Positions 25,856 to 39,474 of a DNA stretch of 64,000 bases are shown here, piece after piece. Location: positions 5,890,001 to 5,954,000 of the forward strand of contig OU015567.1 of assembly GCA_907165135.1 (NCBI GenBank). The letters run 5' to 3'. Source of the stretch: Oikopleura dioica. Its lineage: Eukaryota > Animalia > Chordata. Under the pieces are notes generated by a model, which was given only the letters and a program-made list of their open reading frames with translations, was not told the origin of the DNA and did not search any database. The translations under genes and the position numbers were made by a program. Position 1 is the stretch's first letter. Each line of letters begins with the position of its first letter.

Positions 25856-27536
25856 ATGCCAGGGAGTCACGTGAGGGCAACGCCAAGTCCACAAGTGCTC
25901 GAAAATGATCGAATGTCGGAAGTTGCAACGGTTGGTGATGTTGATGATCTTGGATCTGTTGCTTCTATTTCTTCCTTTGTCGATGTAAGTATTTTTTCAA
26001 AAATCATCCCTTTCCGTTTTCAATTTTATTCAAAATTCTCGACTTTTTTCTTTGAACTTCTTCTTCGAACTTTGAAGATGAGTTTAAATTTTTCTTTTTA
26101 TGAAATTCCCGATTCAGGGCCAAAAAGACATGAAAGAATCGCTGGGCGAAGTGCTCCGTCCGGAAAGGGTGAATAGACCTTCGATATCAGTAGAAGTTCC
26201 AGTCGTTCCCGAGGTTGAGTGTCAACCCTGGATCATGAAGATGAAGGGAGTCGACCACGAGTTTGGCAATTTCTCGCAAATCGTCACCAGTAGAAGAGAA
26301 TTCGCAACAAGGTAAAATTAAAAAAAAAATAAAAAAAAAACTTCTTCGATTTTCCCCTCGAAGCCGCAGGCGGCTTCTCTATTTTAAAAATTTTTAATCT
26401 GAAAATTCAGACTTGACAATTATCTTCGCGGCTGCCATTTCGCCCCAGATGGACTGTGTCTTTTATCAAACTCGAACGACAACACCCTTCGCTTGTTCAA
26501 CCTTCCAGCAGCGCTGCTCACCGGCCAGTTGGAGAACGCGGAGCCAGAGATGGAGTCCGTTCTGCGAATTCCGGAAGGCGAAGCGATCTACGACTTCAGT
26601 TGGTGGCCCAGGATGAATTCTCTGGACCCGCCTTCATGCTGCTTCGTTTCTTCAGCCAAGCATCAGCCGATACATTTGTTTGACGCATTTAACGGCAAGT
26701 TGAGAGCTTCGTACAGGATTATCGTAAGTGACAGTCGTTTGGAATCGCTTTTTACAGTCATTCTAGGATTCAGTGGACGAAGTAGCCAGCGCTCATTCGC
26801 TGGCGTTTTCCACCGACGGAATGCAACTTTACGCTGGATTGAACAACGAAATTCGCATTTTCGAAACGATGATTCCTGGCAATGAAAGTTCAACAATCAA
26901 ACTCGGCAAAGGCTATCACGCTGGCATCATCTCCACAATCGCAATCAACGACGATGTCATCGTCGCCGGCTCGTTCAGCAAAGACCTGGGCGTGTACGAC
27001 GGCAGAAGTCACAACCAAATTGCGTTCATGGAAAAGGCGCATTCTGGTGGAATCACGGGCGTGGCGTTTTTAGACGATCAGAATTTAATCTCCGCGGGGC
27101 GCAAATGTCCGCTTATTAAGGTATAAAGAGCTATCCGACCTTTTCTTACTCGATTCTAGTGCTGGGACTTGCGAAACAACACCACTCCAATTTGGAAAGT
27201 CGAGCGAAAATCCGAAACCAACCAAACGATCCAATTCGACATTAGCCAAAGCAGAAAAGAGCTCTTCTGTGGCTCGACGGACGGAAAACTTCATTACTGG
27301 AAAATCCGCAACGGAACCCCGGAAAAGCTCTTCGAACGAAGCGTCCATAGAAGTGCCGCAAATGCAGCCAGCATTCACCCCTTCGCGCCAGTCCTCGCTT
27401 CGGGCTCTGGGCAGCGCGTTTTTCCAAACGTAGCTGACTCTGACAGCGAGGACACGCTTACTGCCACGCCAGTGTCGGACAATTCCTGACCATTTGGACT
27501 GCGTTCAAAAGTTCTAGCTCCTCAAGTCTAGCGTGA
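25856..27536 (+). CDS. WRAP53: Telomerase Cajal body protein 1 (WD40)
   Basis: NYLRGCHFAPDGLCLLSNSNDNTLRLFNLP, EGEAIYDFSWWP, PIHLFDAFNGKLRASY, AHSLAFSTDG, TNQTIQFD, SIHP..PVLASGSGQRVF. The end NSLTIW needs a +1 correction at ~27486. Confidence 0.92.
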
Positions 27537-27784
27537 ATCCTACCATCTCGTTCCTCGTAGTTCCTATCAAATTATTGAAAGACTTAACGCACCCACAAAA
27601 CTCTGTTTACAACCGTAGATTTGATTTTCTGAATTTGCGCGAGTAGAAAAAAACAAAACCACTAGTACTGAAAAAAACTGCTACTTCCTGTCTCAAAGAA
27701 GTACACTGCCTTCTTTCAACAAAAACTGCTTTTGTACAAATCAAATCCAACACCTATTCGTTTCTAATATCGGCCCCTTTTTAG

Positions 27785-28550
<766 letters not shown>

Positions 28551-28805
28551 ACTTTTGAATTAGTTTTCCCTGTTTGAGCCCATCAATAAACTTCAAAAAG
28601 ATAACAAATGGGATTAAAAAATCTGTCTTGTTCTTGAGTTATTGCAATACAAAATCATTGAAAATTCATTCGCTCTTAGAAATCCTTTTAAAATCATCGC
28701 TAGAATCATATTTTTATAACTTGCACATGGATCTACCGACCCGAGTCGATCATTGCTCAATTTTATATATTTTCTTCTATGATTTCAGTTGTGAAAATCA
28801 TCAGA

Positions 28806-29922
28806 ATGGTCAGTCGTAGATGGCCGAGTACGTTACGAATTCCGTGGCCATTTCGAGATCATGACGATCTTGACTGGTATAAGAATCCGCTGCGCGTTTT
28901 CATCCCTGCTTTTGTTGGTTGCACTGGCAAGATACGGGATTTAACCTTTCAATAAAACATCTCCATTGATTGATAATAACAGTATTTGCCAAATCCCTTA
29001 ACACTTTTACACGGCGAACTTTCAACACTTTAAAATTTTCAACGAAGAAACGCTTCACAAGTTCATCCTCGAAGACCGTGATCGAGGATTGATAACATTT
29101 GCCAATCATCGTTGCACAATCGATGATGCCATGATTTGGAGCAGTTTGCCGTACTCCTTTCATTTTAAATGGATGAAGGTATGGCCAGCGTGTTTTGCGG
29201 TTTTCTAATGTTCGTCAGACAAAATCGTACTGTAGCATCGCTGGGTGATGGGGTCGGCGGACATTTGTTTTCACAAGTTCCTCGACGAGCCCTGGAAGAC
29301 AAAGTTTTTGACGTGGTTCTTCACCGCCGGGAAAACGCTCCCAGTGACGCATGGAACGGGCGTCTATCAAGATGCGATTGATTTCGCCATTGAGCGGTTG
29401 AGGAGAGACGAGTGGGTTCACATCTATCCAGAAGGCCAGGTCAATAAGCATCACGAGTGGCTGCGATTTTACATGGGCATCGGGCGAATGGTGATTGAGA
29501 ACTACCCCAAAGGTGCGCTGTTTTGAATATTTCATCGCTCCATTTATCATTATCTCTGTTTAGTGCCAACGCTCCTGCCAATGGCGCATATTGGCATGGA
29601 CAAAGTATATCCTCCTTGGGGTCCGAATCGATACAAATGGTCGACTGACAACCCAATCACGATCATTGTCGGCGAGCCATTAGATTTAACCGCCTTCGTA
29701 GAAGAGCTTAAGCAAAAATACGCGGACGAACTGGATCAAATAATTGCGGTCACGGATCATCTCCAAGAAATTATTTACAAAATGCGACTTGAAGTAGAGA
29801 AAGTTCATTTGGATCGACTGAAGGAACTTCGGCCTGATCAAGTCGACGAGTTCTTATCAACTCTTGTCCCGTACGAGCCTCCCAAAGCCAGAGTCTTCAA
29901 ATATTTACCTACAGTACTGTAG
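28806..29922 (+). CDS. TAZ: Tafazzin (cardiolipin transacylase)
   Basis: LITFANHRCTIDDAMIW (HX4D), SADICF, GKTLPVTHGTGVYQ, EWVHIYPEGQVN, GIGRMVIE, HIGMDKVYP. Confidence 0.92.
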
Positions 29923-30311
29923 CAGAAGTTTTCATTGAAAATGTTTCCGAGCATAGTTCGACTAGTGAATACTGAATTTTAAATCTTCAAGTACGTCAAG
30001 AGCTACCTCGTATCTTGATCTTTGTTGACTCCATCGAAGGCAAAACTGATCTTTTCTCGAAGATCTACCCCGATTATCCACGAACGAGGGAAAGTAAAAA
30101 CGAATAGTATACATTTATTTCTTGCCAAGTTCAATCACTTTAGAGAGCAATCCAATTTGCCTCCTTTAGACTATTTTAATTTAAATTTCATGAAGTTTGA
30201 ACGTGTGATTACTTATTGATGCTCACAGAATACTTAATTGAAGAAGAAAGCGCAAGTTGAGCTCGAGGAGATTTTAGAATGATTTGAGCACACTACCAAG
30301 CACCAGAGCTG

Positions 30312-31193
30312 ATGCTTTACCGGTCGAGAGAAGTTATTGTTTGCTGCTGTCTCATTTGCATCGTTTTTTCGCGTAAGAGAGAGGGCTGAGAGGTTGAAAG
30401 TTTTGAAAATTTTAGTTTACTTTTTGCACTTGCTTTTCGCCGATGTCCTGGGCCAGGTCAAGTGTCAGCAAACTGACGACTTCCTCGACTTTTCCATCGC
30501 CCTTCCCTTGCCATCCCTCATCTTTGCCCTCACAGGCCTCAATCTTGCCTACTCAAACAAGCAGATCTTCAAACTCGATCCAACCACTGGGTAAGCGCAC
30601 CAAAGATCCTCCTTATTCATTACCTCTTCATTCAAGCCTGGTTGTGTACGACTACAAAGTGTATCTCCTGAGCCTGATGCACAGTATCGGCTCCTTTTTG
30701 GCTTCAATCGCGGCTCTTTGTCTACCTATTTTCGGTACAACTATTTGCCCCAGTTTCTCAAGCCCAGCTGGCTATTCTGACGGTGCTGATTTGGTAAGAG
30801 CGCTGAAAATTTCACTAGAAATGATCTCGACCAATCAGAGCATTCAAAAACGCTCTCCTTCCAATCAGAAATCCAGAAAGCTTATTTCTCATTTAGGGGG
30901 ATGTTCTTGAGGCGGAAAGGCGCAAAACATCGATGATTTTTCTCGTCCATTCATTCGCTGGCTGTCTTCTCTTCTTGCTGAACATGCTCTCATCCGTATT
31001 TGGCTTTTTCTCACTAATACGCCGTGCCAATCGAACGAACCTTCGGCTCCTGGCAGCCCGCGACTCACCACCTGCATACGAAGAAGTGTCTGTATCGTAT
31101 GTTCCGAAATACACGCAAGAAATAGACCTCCCACCATCCTACGAATCACTTCAAATTAATTCCAGTTCTGATAATAACAATAACACCAAGTGA
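30312..31193 (+). CDS. Small multi-pass membrane protein with two C-terminal PPxY motifs
   Basis: Several hydrophobic segments across spliced exons; tail contains PPAYEE and PPSYES; AATAAA after the stop. Start is uncertain. Confidence 0.55.
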
Positions 31194-31414
31194 ATAAAAA
31201 TTCTCTGTTACCACTTTTTGTAATTATTTCTTTTTCATTTAAAATTTGATTTGATTGTTTGATTCTGCTGTAAAAACGAAAAGCTCTTTTCCCTCTCTTC
31301 ATTGCTCTACTCGTTACTAGTTCCACTCATTTTTCCAGCTTGCCATGATGTCATGTCAAGATTTCACAGATTCTAAGATTCATTCCAAGATTCATCCATT
31401 TTCTTCTTAGAAAG

Positions 31415-31879
31415 ATGACTCTTCGCACTACCCGTGCAGGCACTAGAAATCTGGTCAAAGAGGAAATCAAACGGGTCAAAAAGCAACTTGAAAAAGTCCG
31501 AAAATGGGAGAAAAAGTGGGTGGTTCTTGGTGACGGCGGATTACGCGTCTACAGATGGGTGCCCAAGAAAGTTTCCGAGGTAGCAGCTTAGCTATTTCCC
31601 AGACGATATGCTGTATAAAAAATTGTAGTCCGAAGAGCAGGAGAAGGAAAAGACATCTCCTCTTAAAGCCATTCTAAAGCAGCAGATGGCGGAAAAAGCA
31701 GCGACTTTAGCTGGAACTGGGACGAAAGACGAGACAACTTCCGGGAACGACAATCCTCCCGCAGATGGAAACGCTCAGAAATCATCTCCTGAAAAGTCCA
31801 CTACGGTTGTCACGCGAGTTTTTCTACCGAAATAACTTTATCTTCTTAGGAAGCTGCAAAACCAATGGAAACTAATTGA
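31415..31879 (+). CDS. BCL7: BCL7-family SWI/SNF subunit, 3 exons (absent from the ORF track)
   Basis: MTLRTTRAGTRNLVKEEIKRVKKQLEKVRKWEKKWVVLGDGGLRVYRWVP matches the conserved BCL7 N-terminal domain (EKVRKWEKKWV..GD..LR.Y.WVP). Confidence 0.92.
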
Positions 31880-32036
31880 TATTGAAAACAATGTCAAGCA
31901 CTGCCTCTCTCTCTCTTTCCTTTTACCGGTTACGTTTTGCTGAAAACTGTCCTTTTTCCTTCTATTTTGTTTTTCTTTCAACAACTTTTAAACATGTCTC
32001 ACTGCTAAAAAGAGTGCTAATTTTTGCGTTGAAAGA

Positions 32037-35000
32037 ATGTCTGAAGAATCAAATGGAGATAGAATCAAGCTTGGCGGTGGGCCAGTTTATGATACAGATC
32101 TCCTTGGAGGCTCAGCACTGAAGAGTTCCGGCGGCTATGTTGCTTCCATCGCCGCCGGTGGCGATTTGGAGGAAGACGACGATGAAATGGACACCACCGC
32201 GATGCCCAAACTTGGCGTCAGGAACCGTTCGATCATTCTTTGACCTCATGAAAGTTAGTTTGACCTTGTAACGAACGACTGAAAAGACAAGTCAACGCCT
32301 CGCGCGCGATGATCGACAAGTTCCGCGGCGAAGAAGACGACAATCACGACCCCTTCGCTGAAACTCGCAAAGATCGCTCAATCGCGTCGCGACAAAACGA
32401 ATACCAGCAGAAACGACTCCACCGACAGATCTCGCCAGAGCGCTCGGATCCGTTTGCAGATGGTAAGTCGAAAATCCCCTCTCCCCCTTTTTCTCTATTT
32501 ACGTCATAAAAACGGTAAGCCGAGGCCTTGTGAATTCGTAAAATTCAGAAGACCACGGGTAAAAATGCGTGAATTTGCTATTGAAAGGAACATACTTATT
32601 CTCAATCTCGAGACAATTTAGGGAAAAGCATCAGTCCAAAATAACCTTCGACTGGACGACGCGAGGACTTAACGTTCACCCTCTTTTCGTGAACCCTTCT
32701 CCCTCAATTTACCCCTATTTCTAGCCACAAAGAGAGATCGATGGCCTTGATCATTTGCGGCTCGTTTGAGAGTCAAGTTGCATAAGTACGTTTATCAACG
32801 ATCACCCTTTAACTCCCCTCTCCGCCACTTTAGTCAACCCATCTACAACATGGCCAGGTTTATATCATGAGCAGGAATCGCCATGATCGCAACCGGTCGT
32901 TGTATAGGACGCGTTCAGGTTCCTCCAAGTCAATTACAGTTACGTCAGTTACAATCAGCGCCGAACTCAACTGGAAAACGATGTCGCCCTGATTTTCTTA
33001 CCTTTTCAATTTCTCATTCACTATTTTAGGAGGAAAAACTCCCGATGCGCGAAGCAGCTCATTCGCCTCAATCATGAAGCAACAGAACGTTACTCAAGAA
33101 CTGACACAGATGAAGCGAGACATCAACAGGAAAATCGACAGCGGAGAAGCTCAAGCAAGCGATTTTGGCGCTCCAGTAAAGCACGCGCCGAAGAAACGAC
33201 TTGATTTGTCTGCTCCAGCTGAGGAAGCAGCCGCGACTCCAAAGGGCAAATTGAATCTTGGTGGAGTTGGATCGATCTCTGCAGCGACTCCTCGAGCACC
33301 AACAGGATGGGAAGAGACCCCCGGACGACCAATGGGCGACGCAACGCCAAATGTAAATGCTACACCGAAGATATGGGATGCTACACCTGCTCATGTCGCT
33401 GCTGGTGCTGCTACTCCTTCGCAGACTCCTGGAAGCAAGAGAAATCGATGGGATCAAGGAGGACTTGGCTCAGAAACACCCGGAACTGCTTCTTGGGGAA
33501 CTACGCCCCGAGTTGATCGAGGTGGAGCAGAAGAACCAGGGGCTAGTGTTCGCGTAAAGAAGAGCCGATGGGATATGACACCGAAGGTTGGCGAGACACC
33601 GAGCATGACCCCGGGTGGAATGACTCCTGGAGGAATGACGCCCATGAATGGTGGCGAAACACCTGGAGGAATGACCCCAATGGGGAAAGGTATGATGACA
33701 CCTCAACACGGCGGCGAAACACCCGGTGGGATGACGCCTGGCGGTATGACTCCCGGTGGAAGCACTCCTGTCGGCGCGAAAGCGATGGGAATGCAGACCC
33801 CTGCTCCTGGAACCAAACGATTTTCCTCTCAAGCGCAACTTGCTCACGACTGGGCGGTTGAGATTGACGAGCGAAATAAGCCACTTACTGATGAGGAGAT
33901 TGACGCGATGCTTCCTCCTGGATACAAAGTCTTGGATCCACCAGCTGGTTATCAGCCCGTTAGAACTCCATCGCGAAAAATTACGGCTACACCGACTCCA
34001 ATGGCTGGAGCCAACTCCGGTTTCTTCATTCAGGAAGAGCAGACGATGTCGACAAAGATGAAGGGTCAAGAACTTGTGACACCGGATGCTGAACTGCCGA
34101 TGTTGAAGCCCGATGACATGCAATACTTCGATAAGCTCCTGATCGATGTTGATGAAAACGCGTTGACCACTGAAGAAGCCAAGGAGCGTCGAATTATGAA
34201 GCTCTTGCTGAAGATTAAGAATGGAACTCCTCCGATGAGAAAATCCGCATTGCGTCAAATTACTGACCGTGCGCGTGAATTTGGCGCCGGACCTCTGTTG
34301 AATCAAATCTTGCCACTTCTGATGAGCCCGAGTTTGGAAGACCAAGAACGTCATTTGTTGGTCAAAGTCATCGATCGAATCTTGTACAAGCTCGATGATC
34401 TCGTGAGGCCGTATGTGCACAAGATTCTTGTCGTCATCGAGCCGCTCTTGATCGATGAGGATTACTACGCTCGAGTTGAAGGTCGTGAGATTATTTCCAA
34501 TCTTGCCAAGGCCGCTGGTTTGGCAACGATGATCTCCACCATGCGTCCTGATATTGATAACATAGACGAGTACGTGCGAAATACAACTGCTCGAGCTTTT
34601 GCTGTCGTAGCTACTGCGCTGGGTATTCCATCTCTTCTTCCGTTCTTGAAGGCCGTCTGCCGATCGAAGAAATCGTGGCAAGCGCGTCACACTGGTATCA
34701 AGATTGTCCAGCAAATTGCCATCTCGATGGGTTGCGGTATCCTCCCGCATTTGAAGAACATGGTCGAAATCATCGAAAACGGCCTTGAAGACGAGCAGCA
34801 GAAAGTAAGAACAATCACTGCTCTTGCCATCGCTGGTTTAGCCGAAGCTGCTCACCCGTATGGTATTGAATCGTTCGATCCTGTCCTCAAACCATTATGG
34901 AAGGGTATCAGAACTCACAGAGGCAAGGGTCTCGCTGCGTTTTTGAAAGCCATCGGTTATGTTATCCCGTTGATGGACGCTGAATACGCGAACTACTACA

Positions 35001-36941
35001 CTAGAGAAGTCATGTTGATTTTGATCAGAGAGTTCTCCTCGCCCGACGAAGAGATGAAAAAGATCGTGCTGAAGGTTGTCAAGCAATGCTGCGCTACTGA
35101 TGGTGTCGACGCGATTTATATCAAGGAAGACATTCTTCCACCATTTTTCAAAGCTTTCTGGAATCATCGAATGGCGCTAGATAGAAGAAACTACAGACAA
35201 TGTGTCGAGACAACAGTTGAAATCGCAAAGAAAGTCGGATCTGTTGAAATTCTACACAGGATCGTCGATGACCTCAAGGATGAAAATGAACAATACAGAA
35301 AGATGGTGATGGAAACCGTTCAAGAAATCATGCAAGAAATGGGATCGGCAGATGTCGATTCACGGCTAGAAGAGCAGCTTATTGATGGAATTCTTTATGC
35401 TTTCCAGGAACAAACGACCGAAGATGCCACCATGTTGGGAGGCTTTGGAGCTGTGGTGAACTCGCTAGGAAAACGAGTCAAGGTACCATCTATTCGCGTC
35501 TCTGAGGTAGAATTAATCATGTTTTTTAGCCTTATTTGCCCCAAATTTGTGGTACTGTTTTGTGGAGACTGAACAACAAGGCTGCCAAAGTTCGACAGCA
35601 AGCTGCAGATTTGATTTCCAAGGTCGCTAATGTGATGAAATTATGCCAGGAAGAAAAGCTCATGGGTCACTTGGGTCAAGTTTTGTACGAATATCTTGGA
35701 GAAGAATACCCAGAAGTTCTCGGGTCTATTTTAGGAGCGCTAAAGGTAAGCACAGTAGATTGAAAATTGTGATCTAAACTCTTGTTCTCAATAGGCAATT
35801 GTGAATGTTATTGGAATGCACAAAATGACACCTCCAATCAAAGATTTGCTCCCACGACTGACGCCAATCCTGAAAAACAGACACGAAAAGGTGCAAGAGA
35901 ACTGTATCGATTTAGTCGGTAGAATTGCTGATAGAGGTGCTGAATATGTCTCCGCTCGTGAATGGATGCGAATTTGCTTTGAACTTTTGGATCTTCTTAA
36001 AGCCCACAAAGTAACCTCGTGAATATTTTACATGGCTCTTTATTCATTATTCAGAAATCAATTCGGCGAGCGACTGTAAACACCTTTGGTTACATCGCCA
36101 AAGCTATCGGTCCTCATGATGTCTTGGCGACTTTGCTGAACAACTTGAAGGTCCAAGAGCGACAGCTTCGTGTCTGTACGACGATTGCGATCGCTATCGT
36201 CGCGGAAACTTGTTCTCCATTCACGGTATTTGACTAGAGATTGCTAGAGACTCAAGGCTGATTCAGGTTCTTCCCGGTTTGATGAATGAGTACAGAGTGC
36301 CAGAATTGAACGTTCAAAATGGTGTCTTGAAAGCTCTTTCCTTCTTGTTTGAGTACATCGGTGAGATGGGAAAAGATTACATCTACGCGGTCACTCCTCT
36401 TTTCGAAGACGCCCTTCAAGAACGAGATCTTGTCCACAGACAGGTACGATCTTCCTTCGATAACAGCTCTTCTCACTATTTTTTCAGATTGCTACAGCTG
36501 CAATCAGTCACATGACGATCGGTGTAGCTGGCTTTGGCTGCGAAGACGCGTTGAACCATCTTCTCAACTACATTTGGCCGAACATCTTTGAAAACTCGCC
36601 TCACGTTTGCCAAGCTGTTCACGCTTGTCTTGAAGGAATGCGGATATCTTTAGGGCCTATTCGTGTGCTGCAGTATGCACTTCAGGTAAGAGGCATTGTC
36701 AAGCCTTTTCTCTACAAATTCTATAGGGATTGTTCCATCCAGCTCGAAGAGTAAGAGAAGCTTATTGGCGAATTTATAACAACCTTTATCTTGGCGCCCA
36801 GGTAAGAAATCTCTTCACTCCTGGAGACAACAAGGACTCATCTTTGAATTTTTTCAGGATGCGCTTGTTCCTGCGATGCCACGAGTTCCTGACGATGAAA
36901 ACAACCAGTACATTCGATATGAGCTCGAATATCACCTGTAA
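32037..36941 (+). CDS. SF3B1: Splicing factor 3B subunit 1
   Basis: [21 protein letters not shown] motifs, TP repeats, [25 protein letters not shown] repeats, end [10 protein letters not shown]. Confidence 0.99.
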
Positions 36942-37137
36942 AAGATATAGTTTTATTGCCTAGAAAGTTCAGTTTTCCGATTGAGTCATCACCCCAACTT
37001 AGTCGTTCTTTTCTTTCTTACTTGTCCTCTCCGTAACTGCCCGTTGATTATCTGAATTCTAGGAAAATCCACCCACCATTTGTCAACAAAAAATGCTCCA
37101 AATAAACTTATTTCCATTCAGAATTTAAAATTAGAAA

Positions 37138-39062
37138 ATGGAACTTGTTGATCAAGAAATCGAAAAACTCTTGCCTACCTTTCGAGCAGCTATTCATTGT
37201 GAACTGCTGAATGAAGAGGAGGTCAAAGATATTGTTATGAAACGCAAGAAAGCAGAAGGCAAATTGATTAAACGAGAGGCAGAACTTCGCGATTTCATTG
37301 ATTTCGGAAAGGGATAAAACCAAGATTTCTTGATGAAAATATAAGAATTTTCTATCCCTTCCTAAAGTTCATATGGATACAATGATCATCAAGCTGATCA
37401 CAATGAGGCGCCACAAAACGCAGTACAAAGAAAAGCTCGCTGAGATCGAATACCCAATTGTCGAACGTCTCAATCGACTGCTCAAGCGAGCTCATCGTCT
37501 CTGGCCGCAAGATATGAACCTCTGGCAGACCCACATAAATCTTCTCGCCAAATGGAACAAGAGGACTCAACTCTCAAAACTTTACGAAGAATTTGTTGCC
37601 ATGCACCCTCATAATGTTCATGGTAGCTTATCTCTCCAGAGAAAGACTGTAATGGACTATTTCTAGGATGGCTGCAGTCTGCTCGATTTCAAGTCGAAAG
37701 AAACGGATCAATAGAACAGGCGAGGAAGATTTTGTTGCGCGCGGAAATGCAGCTTCCCAAAGAACCGCTAATTTGGGATCAGGAACAGTTTCAAATGCCA
37801 AACTTTTAACGATTCCTTTAGGAGTTTCAATAAAAACTGACTGTAGCTTTTTCGAGTAGAGCTGATAAACGCAGCGCAGCTGAGAAAACGATTGGAAGTC
37901 CTTGGCGGGAAATTGCCGGAAGAAAACGAAAGCGACAAGGATTTGAGCATGGGCGCTGCGGCGATGAAAATTGCAGAACTGGCGAAAAAGAAGTTTCCAG
38001 AGAACCCGAGATTGATTTTGAAATGCTGAAGTGCGCGAAACAGATGAAGGATCCCATCGAAGTGTTGGTCAAGAAACTCGTCGTGCTTTTGATGGAGTTC
38101 GAAACAGGTTAGTAGCTGTACTGTTGCTTTTTTACCAGATGTTCTAGCTGAGGCGACGGTTTACCAGACAAAGTACATGGTGGAATTCACAACTGGAGGG
38201 TTGAAGCTGCAAGAAAACTGTTCAAAACTAATGTTGAAAAGTTCTCAGGCAGTTTATCCTTGAAGTATCATTTCGCAATTTTCTTGACAGAGCAACAACT
38301 CGACGGAATTGATGAATGTATCGGGAGGTAACTCAATAGAAGTTTCTAGTTTGATGGTAACATCTTTTGAGGATCAAAGAAGCGCTGGAAGGAGAGCCAA
38401 TTAAAAAGAGCTAAGAAGGGGTGTGCTAGTCAACTTCCTAAACAAGCAAGGTTCGCATCTGTTGGCAGAAGCTTTCCAGGACAAAATATGCACTGAAAAC
38501 CCGACTGATGATTATGAACGACTTCTACTGGCAAATATTCAATGCGGTTTGGAGCGAGCTGCGGCGCAAGATTCATTGGAAAAATTGTTCAAAGCGGACT
38601 CGAAGGAGGTGTTGAAACGGACCGTGGACTTGGCGCTAGAATGGGCGGGAGAGGATGAATCTCGATTGTACTGGCTGTCGAGCAAGTGTGCGGAAGGCAA
38701 ATGTAGGTTTTGGAGCTGAAAGAAGAGCAGAACTCGAAAACGGTCGGAAAACTCGCTTTTCAATTGTCTTCAACTGCGCCCGTCAATGTTCAATTCATGA
38801 GACAAGGATTACGTAAGAAATTTGCTGATTCTTGAGCTGGTTTTGATATGAGCTTTCAGGGCTTTTGGAAGGGACGGATTTGAACAAATTCATCTTCGCG
38901 GAAAAGTGTTGCTCGATGAACAATGTAGCGGAATGCTGGGTCGAGCTTTTGCGATTGACGAAAAAGGAGAAACTTGAAAAACTTGGAATTGTCATGTCCA
39001 AGGCTCGGGCGAGCTTGAGCGGGACAGAACTCGAAAGACTTCATGAAATTTGGACTCAATAA
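37138..39062 (+). CDS. UTP6: U3 snoRNA-associated protein 6 homolog (HAT repeats)
   Basis: N-terminus ..EEVKDIVMKRKKAEGKL..DFIDF..LITMRR, then HAT-like LWQTHI..HPHN..WLQSARFQ..ARKILLR. Confidence 0.75.
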
Positions 39063-39237
39063 ACTTTTCGAACTGAAGACCACCGAGATGCTCAAAAATG
39101 TTGATTGACTAAATCATCATTTCTCAATCTTTTCATTCTTTTGCAGGCTTTTAGGATAACCGCAGGGGCAAAACAAAGGCAAGAATGACCGGTGCTCCGA
39201 AAGTTCATCCCTTTTGTCCGGAAAAACAAAAAAGATT

Positions 39238-39309
39238 TGCTGTAACCAGGATTCGAACCTGGGTTGTCACGGCCACAACGTGAAGTACTAACCACTATAC
39301 GATTACAGC
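39238..39309 (-). tRNA. tRNA-His (GTG)
   Basis: Exact reverse complement of 39403-39474; cloverleaf; T-run terminator downstream. Confidence 0.95.
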
Positions 39310-39402
39310 TTGGAAGACATCCGCATTAACAGCTATTTGAAACAAATGACAGGAAACCCAAGAGGTTGATTTTGAAAGGGTGTTGATACGGAAGTCTTAC
39401 AA

Positions 39403-39474
39403 GCTGTAATCGTATAGTGGTTAGTACTTCACGTTGTGGCCGTGACAACCCAGGTTCGAATCCTGGTTACAGCA
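39403..39474 (+). tRNA. tRNA-His (GTG)
   Basis: GCTGTAA/TTACAGC acceptor stem, A box TAGTGGTTAG, anticodon arm TCACG-TTGTGGC-CGTGA, B box GGTTCGAATCC, TTTT terminator. Confidence 0.95.

Noticed and set aside
33470-34750. 426-aa antisense ORF over SF3B1, and similar ORFs opposite RPL10 and THOC2
   Set aside because: Shadow ORFs from codon bias of the conserved sense genes; no recognisable domain.
34560-34940. SF3B1 hotspot substitutions as an explanation for non-canonical splicing
   Set aside because: Residues equivalent to E622, R625, H662, K666, K700 and G740-G742 all appear conserved ([31 protein letters not shown]).
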